From assembly GCF_963921235.1 (NCBI RefSeq), contig NC_086097.1, forward strand, positions 66,714,001 through 66,778,000: 64,000 bases of DNA. The letters are read 5' to 3'. Shown here in pieces: positions 11,143 through 22,699 of this stretch. The position numbers and the translations under genes are program-made. Source of the stretch: Mobula hypostoma. Lineage: Eukaryota. The notes under the pieces were generated by a model. The model was not told where the DNA came from and did no database searches. It saw nothing but the letters and a program-made list of their open reading frames with translations. Position 1 is the stretch's first letter. Each line of letters opens with the position of its first letter.

Positions 11143-12539
11143 ATGAAAGGTTATTAATAGGAAACTCTGTTTCTGTCCCCATTGGTGTTGTCTGATTTGA
11201 ATATTTTCAGCATTTCTGTTTTTATTTGACTCATATTGTTTTCTTGTGGTTATAGCTAACCCAGACCTGTTGCTTGATCATAATAAGTAAGCAGGAGAAT
11301 TAGCAGTCCTTATGTGTCAGGTATACTTTGCCATCCGTTGACAGCTGATTTCAAACTCCACAGAAGCTGTTCTAATTTTGTATAAAGGCGTAAGATTTGA
11401 CATCCTGTTTTCTACTTTTCCTCCCAGTTATTACTTCCATTAACTTCAACAGAAATATAAACTAGGATTGATTAAAGTGATTCATTATCCTACCACCCTC
11501 CACACACCTATTTTGTACTACACCACAAAGTTAAAGTCACCCCCTTTCATTTTAATTGTTTCTCTGATTTACATTCCCAACTTATTTTTGAAGAAATATT
11601 CGTGTTTTCTTTGTACGGGAGACATTATTTGTTACATTGCTCTGAGTGCTTATTCTGTTTTAAAAGGAAAGTTTTATTTTAACTGTTTTATGATATAATC
11701 AGAGAGACACCACCGAGATTAAAATCCGAGGTGATGATAGTTCTTTGAAGTATTCTTTATGTCTGCTAATCCCCCAGCTTCCAACTGGAGATGACTAATG
11801 CTTCAGAATTACTCCAAGCATGGGCAAGTCTTTGGGAAAGGATGGAGAAGTATTAAATAAAATTGGGATTGATTTAAAAATACTGTTTCTTATCACAGCA
11901 GTATCTGCTCTGTAATCAAGTTTCTCATTTGGTACTGAAATTATCAAGTCATCCTTAGAATCAATATTTAGAAAAAGACGGAAGCACATTAAGAACTTCC
12001 TCAATTGAGCACCGCCAATCATTTCCTATTGTGTGCACAGTGTTTAAATAACTGGGCTGCCTTTTGCTGATTCTGCTTGCTACCTGGACTCTAGCCCATT
12101 TTCAGGTTCTGCCATAGTTAGGTATTTATGGAAGAATACCAGCAAAGTTCATTTTGCAAAGTGGCAATTCTCCTGCTCTCCAAACAAAAGTTCATGCCAA
12201 AATTGCAATGAGGCCACCATAATGGTAATGGAATAAATCAAGGAATGTTAATGGGACACTAAGGCTCAAAGGATCAAAGAACAGCCTATGTCATTAGGAA
12301 AGGGCTTGGAGGCAAAGGAGTCCCATCCCTAATTTATGTACATTAGGTCATTCCTTCTGGTCTGTGAGCCAAGTTGCTACTCCCAAGAGGAAACACAGTC
12401 AGAGAAACGATTGATATAGCAGATATACCAGTGGAAAATAGTTCCTGACAGTGAGATGGTGGGGTGCTTGGACACAGTGACCTCTCTGGGTCCAGCCAAA
12501 GATGTTTTATTTGGATCACAAGATACTGCTTGATATTAA

Positions 12540-13220
12540 GAACTTCAGGTACTGCAGGCCTACCCCACCAGTGAGTTTCTCAATAGCAGAGGAGTGGAGG
12601 AGCTGGACTTGGTGCAGACTGTGTCACTGCCTGCTACAAAAGATGTCTATGGCAGTGTGCAGTCTAATAGTGAGTGATTGTCTTGGACGTTTCTCATGTG
12701 ATTGCAAGACCCTGTTGGACATTGGAAATGTAGAATACCGCAAGTTCAGTTTACTGGTGAGACTGATGGGGTGGGGGGAGGTGTATGGCCTCGGTTGTGC
12801 GTGGACCAGGCCCCTCAAGCTGTGGGGTTGCATGTTGCAGCCGCCCAGGAGAGGAGACATAGAGGGCAGTGTGGCACGGTGTCCATGCTGGACTGGGAGC
12901 TGGCTCCTCCCATCAGTACTGCCCTCCAGTGCTGACTTGGTAGAAGACAAGCTAGATTGTGTTTGTCTGCAGACTGCGATAGGCTTGTTCTTGCCGACAA
13001 CACCCATGCACCATCAATCCACAGGACATGACACTCAGGGACTTGGGCTATATTTTTTTTTGTGTGACTGTATGTTTACTGCTATCTTATATGTGCTTTG
13101 TGCTGTGTATGACTGTTGGTATTGTGTTTTGCACCTTGGTCCCAGAGGTGTTTTGTTTGGCTGTATTCATGGCTATTCATGTATGGTTGAATGACAATTA
13201 AATTTGAACTTGAACTTTCA
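12540..13220 (+). mobile_element. Degenerate/non-autonomous Rex1-related element
   Basis: LPSVLP...LVEDKLD resembles the start of the Rex1 endonuclease; ends in attaaatttgaacttgaact. Confidence 0.5.
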
Positions 13221-13474
13221 TTCCACCTTAATAACCCCAGCAGGAAAGATGATTCTCTAGATAATTATTATATCCTGAATTTGGTGGATAATTCCTCAGG
13301 CTAGTTTCACCACTTGTAAACATCTCACATTTTCTAATGTGAAATGGCTACTTTGGTGATGGTGTAGAAACTACATGAAACAATTTGTTCTCGTGTTGAG
13401 TTTTCAGTCAGTGAATGGGGTGAATGGATGTTATTTGACTGGGCTTTATTTCGTGTCTTAAGGATGCCTGCAAT

Positions 13475-13920
13475 GAGACATAAACATAGGAGCAGAATTT
13501 GGCAACTGGACTCATTGAATCTACTCCACCATTCCATCACGGCTAATTTATTATCCGTCTCAAACGCATTCACCTACCTTCTCCCCATAACTTTTGATGC
13601 CCAGACTAACCAAGAACCAACCAATCTCTGCTTTAAATATACTTGATGACTTGGATTCCACAGCCGTCCGTGATCATTAATTCTACAGGTTTACCACTCT
13701 ATGGCTAAACAAATTCCTTCTCATCTCTGTTCTAAGTGTACATCCTTCTGTTCTGAGGATGTGCCTTCTTGTCCTAGACTCCCTTACTATAGGAGACATC
13801 CACTCCACGTCCACTCTATCTAAGCCATTCTTCAGGCTCTCCCTGCTTGCAACACTACTTGCCCTGCTGCCTATCTTTGTATCATCTGCAAACTTGGTCA
13901 CAATGCCATCAATTCCATAT
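13475..13920 (-). mobile_element. CR1 3' fragment with internal deletion
   Basis: ORF 13683-13901 (KFADDTKIG joined to GLDRVDVEWM...RRNLFSHRVVNL) and a CR1 3' UTR. Confidence 0.85.
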
Positions 13921-14159
13921 AGACCTCATATTGTGTCAGATAATTTTTAAGATGACCTTTGCACTTCCTGTCTAGAAAGCATTCCCAAAGGCAGGGGTAA
14001 TGATGTTAGAGGACCCTCATTTCAATTTGTTTATTGAACTTTAACACTACCGAGAACCAATACTATCCAAATTAATTTTGATCAATACTTGCAAAGGTGG
14101 CTTTCTGACATGAGTATGGTCAGTTTTATTATGTACATACTGAAAAGGGGACAGGAGAA

Positions 14160-14995
14160 GTCATTGTGAAGCCATGCATGAAGTATTGTGCACATTTCGT
14201 GTTGCCCAGCTATCGTTAAGAAAGAAAGGGTGCAGAAAGGATTCATGAGGATGTTACTGGGTTTGAGTCATAAGGAGCGGGCTGTACAGACTGTGACTTT
14301 TCCCCCAGGAGAGTAGGAGGGTGAGCAATTTCCTTATAGAGGTTTATAAGATGACTAGATAAGGCACTGTAATATAACAGCTAGTGCGATGCTGTTCTGT
14401 GTCAGTAATCACCATTCGGGTTTCAAATTCCTGCTGCTGTCTATATGGAGTTTATATGTTCTTCCCGTGACCACGTGTGTTTCCTCCAGATGCTCCGGTT
14501 TCCTCCCACATTCCAAAGATGTACAGGCTAGGGTTCAAACGCAGTGGCCAAGCTATGTTGGCACCAGAAGCATGCTGACACTTGCGACACATCCTCGGAC
14601 TATGCTGGTCATTGACACAAACAATGCATTTCACTATGCGTTACAATCTGCATGTAACAAATAAAGCCACTCTTTCACCTTTAAGATAAGGTAGGTGGTC
14701 ATAGTCTTTTTCTCATGTTGGGGGAATCTAAAACTGTAGGGAATAGGATTAAGATAAGTGGAAAAGGAGTTAATAGAGACATGAGGGAAATCTTTTCATA
14801 CACAGGGGGGTGGGAGAATGGAATGAACTGCCAGATGAAATGGTAGAGGCAGGTAAAATTACAATGTTTAAATGACATTTAGGCAGATACCTGGACAGAA
14901 AAAGGTTTAGAAGGATATGGGCCAGCTCAAATAGACATACTGGTCAGCAAGGACATGTTGGGCCAAAGGGCTTATTTCTGAGCTCTATAACTCTC
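14160..14995 (+). mobile_element. Old CR1 3' fragment interrupted by a V-SINE
   Basis: Degenerate CR1 RT C-terminal sequence on both sides of 14365-14683. Confidence 0.75.
14365..14683 (+). mobile_element. V-SINE (HE1-like)
   Basis: V-domain tttcctccagatgctccggtttcctcccacattccaaagatgt; direct repeat AGATAAGG at 14357-14364 and 14684-14691. Confidence 0.8.
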
Positions 14996-15911
14996 TGTTT
15001 TAAAAACAATGACGTACACCACACCCTCCCTCAAACCACCTGGTAAAAAAAAGACAAACTCATCATTTTCTATTGCTTCCGAGCAGGCTTCAGCAGATTA
15101 GGCATACTCAGGTTGAAAATGGGAAAATTGATACTTGTCATCCACCTAAAAGTAAATTGTTATTCCTTCTAGACATGCTTTACAGGTCATTTATTTCTCT
15201 GGTGCTGGATATGTCATGTTCAATTGCAGAAACCCTTGCAGAGATTGTTACTTCATGGAAACATTATGGTACACAGTTTAGCTTTAGTACACTCCTGGAA
15301 GCATGAATATATGTGTTAAAATCCACAGGCCAAACATTGTGATTATCATCCTGTTTTCTAATTGCTTTAAAAATATTTTCCTTGCAGCATTTTAAGCGCA
15401 CTTTTCCTTGCATGTTTGAAATATGTATCGCAAAGAATACGGTTACTGCAGTTTTACAAAAGCTTTGTTTGAAGAGAAATTTTCTGGAGTAGGCATTGGT
15501 CCACCAAAAACTGCTGGACGTAAGGACTTCCTTCCTCTTTAATGTGAGGATATCCTCGAATTTGAATTCCAAACTTCTCGCAATTTTAGATTTATAGATT
15601 ATTTAACCAGCAGTGATCCACTGCTGACAGAGATTTCTTTTGACTTAACTGCTTCTTGCATCGAAATACATTCTAAATAAGTTTTGCGTATTGCTTCATT
15701 AGTCATGGTGAGAAAACAATGAACAAAATGAACAACAGCTGTGCAGCTGCCTATTTGAAGCTTCTCACATCCTACTCTACCATTGCATCATCTTTCATCA
15801 CCTAGACTGTAGACCCTCCAAACCTATGATTTTATAGCTAGTGGTCAGTAAATCTGAAACAATATTCAAAGCTATACAGCAATGCTTTTGCTTTATGGAG
15901 ATCAATTTCAA

Positions 15912-16125
15912 TTTGGGAATTGGAGTTGGTTTGTTACTGTTACATGTCCCTAGATACAGTGAAAATCTTGTCTTACACATTGTTCATACAGATCAAATCA
16001 TAACACAATACATTGAGGGAGAACAAGGTAAAGCAATAACAGGATGCAGAATAAAATACAACAAATGCAGAGAAGGTATAGTGCAGATAGACAACAAGGT
16101 GCAAGGTAGATTGTGAAGTCTATGT
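15912..16125 (-). mobile_element. Probable Rex1-type 3' UTR fragment
   Basis: Layout ttggtttgttactgttacatgt...tacagtgaaaa resembles a reverse LINE 3' UTR. Confidence 0.4.
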
Positions 16126-16904
16126 TAAACTAGGAATCACGCGAAACCCAAAGCCCTTCCGCCTTACAGAGCACGGTTAATTTCAGGAAGGTAACTTACA
16201 CTAAGTAATGTTTAGGTTAAACTTAAACTTAGCTAACAGATGTCCACATTACATAAATGAATAAAAAAAAGTTAATCTAAGTTAGCAAGTGGTCACATAT
16301 TCAATCCACACTACAGCACCTGCGAGCAGGTAGAAGGGGATTATCAACTCTTCCTTCCCCATGATAGATAGAAGAGGGTATGAGGTGGTAGAAATGCCCG
16401 GACCCAATTTATTTTCTCTTTAATTGCAACAGAATTTGGTGCTTGACAACTCCCCCCTGAAGAGATGGGACAATACCTAACCTATGGGATGGCAGATTAT
16501 AGTACAGTACTGGTTAGGGTACAGGTGGAAGGCAGAGATTAACAATAGCTGCTTTTACACAACTAACTACTTTCTGAGATATTTCTATGAAATGGTTTGC
16601 TAAAAAGGTATCTTGAAAGGAATAATTTTGTATGTTGGAGATGTTTGCACTCACATTGGTTTGTATCATAGGCTGTTTGTTCTGGACTACAGATTTGGGA
16701 GGAAGTCAGGATTTGTAGAGCACAGGCTTTCTGATGAGAGACATGTACACGAATAGCAAAGAGGGGTAGAGTTTCTGGGAGGTAGTTCCTAAATAACGAA
16801 GAGGTGAGATTCAGTTTCTTTGACATGCTTTTGGGAGATGAGATCAGATATTTGTAGATACATACCTGCAACGTTCTTGAAGAAATCCCATTTCTGGCCA
16901 AAGC

Positions 16905-17085
16905 AACAAACTATCTGCTGGAGGAACTCAGCTAGTCGAAAACCTTCATCAGTGCGCTGGTTTCGGGACACAGGTTTGACTGACAATTCTTCCCCCTCCA
17001 TGGGTGCTGCTCAACCCACTGAGTTCCTCCAGCAGATCGTTTGTTTCTCCAGATCTCAGCACCTGCAATCGCTCATGTCTCCAGT
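16905..17085. repeat. Miniature Penelope-derived inverted repeat
   Basis: 16905-16931 and 17019-17045 are reverse complements (26/27). Hammerhead relic CTGATGAAGG on the minus strand within 16937-16952. Confidence 0.7.
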
Positions 17086-18334
17086 TTGGAATGGAACGAA
17101 TGGCTGGGAGGTATACAGTGGGCCTTGCAGTCAGGTGCACTTTAATCCACAACACTGCTGGATGAGTTGTTCATCAGGCCTTTTAGTCCCTTGTGATGAA
17201 CAGAGTAAGAACGCACTTAGATCTGGATCTCCAGCTGCCTTCCCATAGGTACAGGATGTCATCAATTGTGGACTTCCTGAGCAACTATTAATCAGCACAT
17301 GGAATTCCTTTGCACCAATGTTCATCTTGGTGTACTGACCCTGAACACAACCTTAGGGAGCCTTATCTGCTGCAACTTCTGAGGAATTCGGTCAAAATAC
17401 TTCAAAAGAGAGTGACAGCCATGTTGTAACCAGATTATCATCAAGCAAGCCAGCAGCATGTTTACGATGCAGTTCAAGTGCAGTCGGGACATGGTACTCA
17501 GTATTCAGTCAGAGTCTCAAGGATAATTGTTTGCTCGTGCAGAGTTCAGAACATGGGAGCAAGGACCAAGGGCGGAGGAAAAGCAAGAAACTCATCTTTC
17601 AAACCTGACGAGAACTGTAATGTGGAGGAGGAGTAGAATGAAGATAAGGCAGGGAAATACCAGACCAGCCATTTACTTTGCTGCTCAGAATATTAAAATA
17701 ACTCGAAGCTCCAGTTAGTCCTTTACACTGTTTCACTTAATTCCCTTGGCCATTTCCATCACCTCCTCCTTTCTCACCCCCAGCCTCGCTAACAAAGCAG
17801 GTCTGTAATTAATGATTCTCTCATTACATTTCGCCAACCTGTTCCAGTACTTCATGTCTTCCTGTTCATCACCATTTAGTCATAACGGTGAGCTAGCACT
17901 CATCTGGCAGTGCCGGTTGACATGGAAACGAGGCCAAAGTAATAATTTTGTTGACGGGACGCTGGACCAATGCACAACCCAAGCACTTCTGAAGAACCCC
18001 ATCCACAAACCCAGAAAACAACAGCGACATGACAACTAGATTATCATCTGGCAAGCCATCAGCTTCCATAAGATGCCGTTCAAGTGTATAAGATTGTAGT
18101 TTTATCCAGGTTAGGTTACATCGGTGATTATTGATGGTAAAGATGGCACCAGTAAGTGGCAACTCTTTGCATTCAGCTCCAAAGGGGATCATCAAATATT
18201 CTGCTTTAGGACCATTACAGCTGAAATCCAGTCACAGCCATGGTACTTCAGTAAGCAATGTCGTTTTAAGACATTTTAAAAATCTATCAATGCTCAAATC
18301 TATAGATATTGGCAGATTTCAGATTGCAGACTGA

Positions 18335-20320
18335 GGTCACAAGTTTGATTCCCCTTTAAGAAAACGGAAGCGGGCATGGTGCATTGGTTTACTAGCCCCA
18401 GAACTTCCACTCCCAACTATCCTGCTGGTGAATGTACAGTCTCTGGAAAATAAAACTGAAGACCTCAGAGCAAGATTGCAGTACCAGAAAACATCAAGGA
18501 TCGCTGTGTACTTTGCTTCACGGAAGTGTAACTCACTTCCGCCATTTCTGGTGCAGCGCTGCAGCCCGATGGCTTCACCGTTCTCTGCAAAGACAGGACA
18601 GCTAAAAATTTTTACCGGTAGAGGAGGGAGAGTATGCTTTATGATTAACTCCTCATGGTGCACAGATGTGGTGGTTGTATCTCAGTCCTGCTCACCTGAA
18701 CTGAAACATCTAGCGGTCAAGTGCCATCCATTTTATTTGCTAAAGGAGCTTTCCACCATCGTCCAGGTAGTGTAAATTCCGCCTCAGGCCTATGTCAGGC
18801 AGGCACTGGAAGAGCTGAGCACCATTATCAGCAGGTGTGAAATAGTCCACAGGGATGCCTTCCCCATTATTGTGGGGGATTTCAACAAGACCAGCTTGCA
18901 GTCTCTGAGCAACTACCACCAACATGTCACCGATGGAACCAGAAGAGCCAACACACTTGACCACTGTTACACCGCCATCAAGAACACTTACCGTGCCATC
19001 CCACGCCCACACTTGGACAAGTCTAATCACCTGGCCGTACTTCTACTCCTAGCAGAGACCAAAGACCAGTGGTGAGGACCAAGATGGTACAATCAGGGAG
19101 GAGTTCTTTGAGGACTACTTTGAGTTGGTGGACTGGACAAAATTCAGTGACTCATCTTTGAATCTGAATGAATATGCCACAGTTGTCACCGACTTCATGA
19201 AAGTTCCAACTACTGTACATTTATTATCTATGTATGTATGTATGTTGTATACAACCTTGAGATTCGTCTCCTTACAAAACAAAGAAACTCAATAGAACCC
19301 ATTCAATAAAGAAGTCTCTCAAGCACCCAAAGAGCAAAAAAAAGTGCAAACAATAAAAATTAAGCAAATAAGATTCAGAATTTAGGTTCATGAAAGTGAG
19401 TTCGCAACTATCCAGCATCTGCTGATTTTCTCTTGCTCACAACTGTAAAGCCTGTTATCACTACAGCCGGTCCAGGAGTTCGTTAGTTGAAGGCCACAGC
19501 CTTAGTTCAGCATAAAGATGAGTAAACCTCACTTAGCAGCAAACTGAACTCTGCCGGTCCATCCTTCACCTCCAGCCCAACATCCTGTCCTTTCATTCTG
19601 GCCCTGCACTTAAATCAGCCAAACCCTTGGGTCATTCCTTGTTCTCAGACTTGGGCCCTTCCTCTTTGATACACTCTTGGGCCAGTCCCCATCACCTCAA
19701 TGTGGCCTGTACCCAACCTTTCCAATATGGCCTGGCACTTAAATTGGTCAAATAGCAGCTTGTTCCTCGCTCTGGGGCCTGGGCCCTGCTGCCTCACCTC
19801 GGATCTGTTCCTTCAAATTGGCTCCAAGCCCACTCCTGCAATGTCCAAAAACTGGCTCGCTTTCAGGCCCGGGCCCTGCCACCTCAATTCAGCCCACACA
19901 TGCCACACCGCAACTGTCTTGCACCTTCAAGTCTGCAGATCACATGGCAAAAATGATCACAGGCAGTTCAAAAGCTCAACTCCAAAAGGGAAGTTACAGG
20001 CTACTCATTGCAGTGATCTTTTTCCAGAATTAATAGAGTAGTCAGTAGCTTTATTCGCTGCTAGCAAGACCTCACTGTGCTTCACCAGCGCCACCTTAAA
20101 CCTGTGTGGGTGAGTGCGTGCCTTGGAGAACATACTGGATATACCCAAATCAAAAGACCTGTGTGGGTGAGTGTGTGCCTTGGAGAACATACCAATTACA
20201 TCCAAACCAAAACCTGTGGATGAATCAAGTGATTTGTAGACTGTTGAGGGCAAGATCTATGGCATTCTAGACCGGTGACCCAGAACTATAGAGGAAGTCC
20301 AGGTAGGACTATCTTAAGGA
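18335..20320 (+). mobile_element. Rex1 LINE endonuclease region, interrupted at about 19200-20100
   Basis: ORFs 18428-18775 (NVQSLENK...GGRVCFMINSSWC...HLAVKCHPFYL) and 18872-19075 (GDFN...TLDHCY...SNHLAV); resumes at 20100 with PNQKP/KPVDE-type sequence. Confidence 0.85.
19200..20100 (-). mobile_element. Non-autonomous retroelement with a Rex1-type 3' tail
   Basis: Left end aagttccaact...tttattatc...tacaaccttgagattc matches the Rex1 tails at 10409, 24575 and 43795; the body is non-coding; minus-strand 5' end reads aaggtggcgctgg. Confidence 0.55.
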
Positions 20321-20848
20321 TCAGAACCAGTTTTATTATCACTGGCATGTGTCGTGAAATTTGTTAACTTAGCAGCAGCTGTACTATGCAATACGTGATA
20401 ATATAGAAAGAAAAAATAATTAAGTCAATCAATTACTGTAAGTATATATACGCATATTTAATGGGTTAAAATAGTGCAAAAACAGAAGTAATATAGATTT
20501 TAAAAATGGGGTCGTGTTCATGGGTTCAATGTCCATTTAAGAATCATATGGCAGAGGGGAAGAGACTGTTCCTGAATCGCTGAGTGTGTGCCTTTAGGGT
20601 TCTGTACCTCCTTTCCGATGGTAACAATGAGAAGAGGGCATGTCCTGGGTGATGGGAGTCCTTAATAATGGACATCACCTTTCTGAGGCACTGCTCCTTG
20701 AAGATGTCTTGGATACTATGGAGGCTAGTACCCAAGATGGAGCTGAAAATTTTATGACTCCCTGTAGCTTCTTTCAGTCGTGTGCAGTAGCCCCCACCCC
20801 ACTATCCCCCTCCCCCCATACCAGACAGTGCTGCAACCTGTCAGATAG
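20320..20848 (-). mobile_element. Rex1 3' fragment
   Basis: ORF 20544-20735 (KDSHHPGHALFSLLPSERRYR...RFRNSLFPSAI). Confidence 0.9.
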
Positions 20849-20849
20849 G

Positions 20850-22427
20850 CCTCTGTACCTCCTGGATCACCCAGACAATAGCAATACCTACGTCAGGCTG
20901 CTGTTTATTGATTACAGCTCAGCATTCACCTCAATCATACCCTAAGTACTAATCAACAAGCTCCAAAACCTGGGCCTCTGTACCTCCTTTTGAAAATGGA
21001 TCCTTGACTTCCTCACCGGGAGACTACAGTCAGTGTGGATTGGAAATAGCATCTGCTTCTCACTGACAATCCACACTGGCACACTCCAAGGATGCTTGCT
21101 GAGCCCACTGTTCTGCTCCTTCTCACCCACGACTATGCGGCTAGGCACAGCTCAAATGCCATCTATAATTTTGCCGATGACACAACTATTGTGTGGCATG
21201 TGGCCAAGTGGTTAGGGCGTTGGGCTCACGATCTGAAGGTCATGGGTTCGAGTCTTGGCCAAGGTAGCATGTTGTGTCTTTGAGGAAGGCACTTAACCAC
21301 ACACTGCTCCAGTCCACCCAGCTGAAAATGGGTACCGGCAATGGGTACCGGAAAATGGGTTAACCTCGTGATAGACCGGCGTCCTATCCAGGGGGGAATC
21401 TTGTACTCTCAGTCACTTCACGCCACAGAAACGGGCATAAGCACCAGCCTGATGGGCCACAAAGGCTCGGGACAGACTTTGACTTTTTTTTGACACAACT
21501 ATTGTTGGCAGAATTGCAGATAGTGATGCGGAGGCGTACAGGAGTAAGATAGATTATTTGGCTGAGAGGTGCCACTTCACCTTGCACTCAACGTCAGTAA
21601 TTGATGATGGACTTCAGGAAGGATAAGTTGAGGAAACCCACACCAGTCATCATCGAAGGATTGGCAGTGGAAACGGTGAGCAAAGGGTACAGGAGCCTGA
21701 AGACACACACTCAATACTTCAGAAACAGCTCCTTCCCCTCCACCTTTAGATTTCTGAATAGACAATGAATCCATGAACACTAACTCACTAATTTTTGTTC
21801 TTTTTGCACTTCTTAATTTAATACATTCCTGGGTGTCAACATCTCAGAAAGTCTATCCTGGGTCCAACATATTGATGCAATTACAAAGAAAGCATGACAG
21901 TGGCGATATTTCATTAGGAGGTTGAGTATGCCACCCAAGTCTCTTGCAAATTTCTACAGGTGTACCATGGAGTGCATTTCTAACTGGTTGCATGATCTTC
22001 TGCTATGGAGGGGCCACTGCACAGGAACAGAAAAGCTGCAAACTCAGCCAGTTCCATCATGGACACTAGCCTCGCCAACATCAAGGACATCTTCAAAAAG
22101 ATGCCTCAGCCAGCATCCATCATCAAGGATGCCCATCACCCAGGACATGCTGTCTTCTCATTGCTACCATTAAGGAGCAGGCACAGGATTTGAAGACACA
22201 CACTTAATATTTCAGGAACAGCTTCTTCCCCTCTGCCATTAGATTTCTGAACGGACAATGAATCCATGAACACTACCTCAATACTTATTTTCCTTTTTGC
22301 ACTACTAACATAATCTAATTAAATATATACATGTGTTTATAGTTTTTATTATGTATGGCCGCAAAACAGCAAAACAACTGATTCCATAACAAATGCCAGT
22401 GATGTTAAACCTGACTCTGATTCTGAC
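20850..22427 (+). mobile_element. Rex1 RT to 3' end, containing a SINE and an extra tail fragment
   Basis: [34 protein letters not shown]; tail aaacctgactctgattctga. Confidence 0.9.
21193..21490 (+). mobile_element. tRNA-derived SINE (MetaSINE-like)
   Basis: A box TGGCCAAGTGG and B box GGTTCGAGTC; central ttgtgtctttgaggaaggcacttaac...ccacccagctgaaaatgggtaccggc; T-rich tail; 15-bp TSD TGACACAACTATTGT (21178-21192, 21491-21505). Confidence 0.88.
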
Positions 22428-22699
22428 ATAGGTGGCATCACCATGGGCACTTCAAAGTATAGTTTGTGTTAGCACAGTTGGCACGTGCCCTGGCATACAT
22501 CAGATAGCTTGTAACGTAAGAGGGAGTGCATATACAGTACATCTCCTCAACTAATGGCAAACTCCTTCTTCAGGAATGAGTTGAATCTCAAGGGTTCTGA
22601 GATAGCTGATGGTATGAACAGGGGAACCACATACTCACCCACAGATGGCTGAGTGAGGAGGGAGATGGGGCTTCTCAGTAATAAGAGACTGAATGTTCA

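Noticed and set aside
12502..13194. 230-aa ORF as a host gene
   Set aside because: It lies over a degenerate Rex1-related element, has low-complexity Cys/Leu/Val-rich composition and no recognisable domain.
21193..21265. tRNA gene
   Set aside because: It is the tRNA-derived head of a SINE, continuing into a SINE body, tail and TSD.
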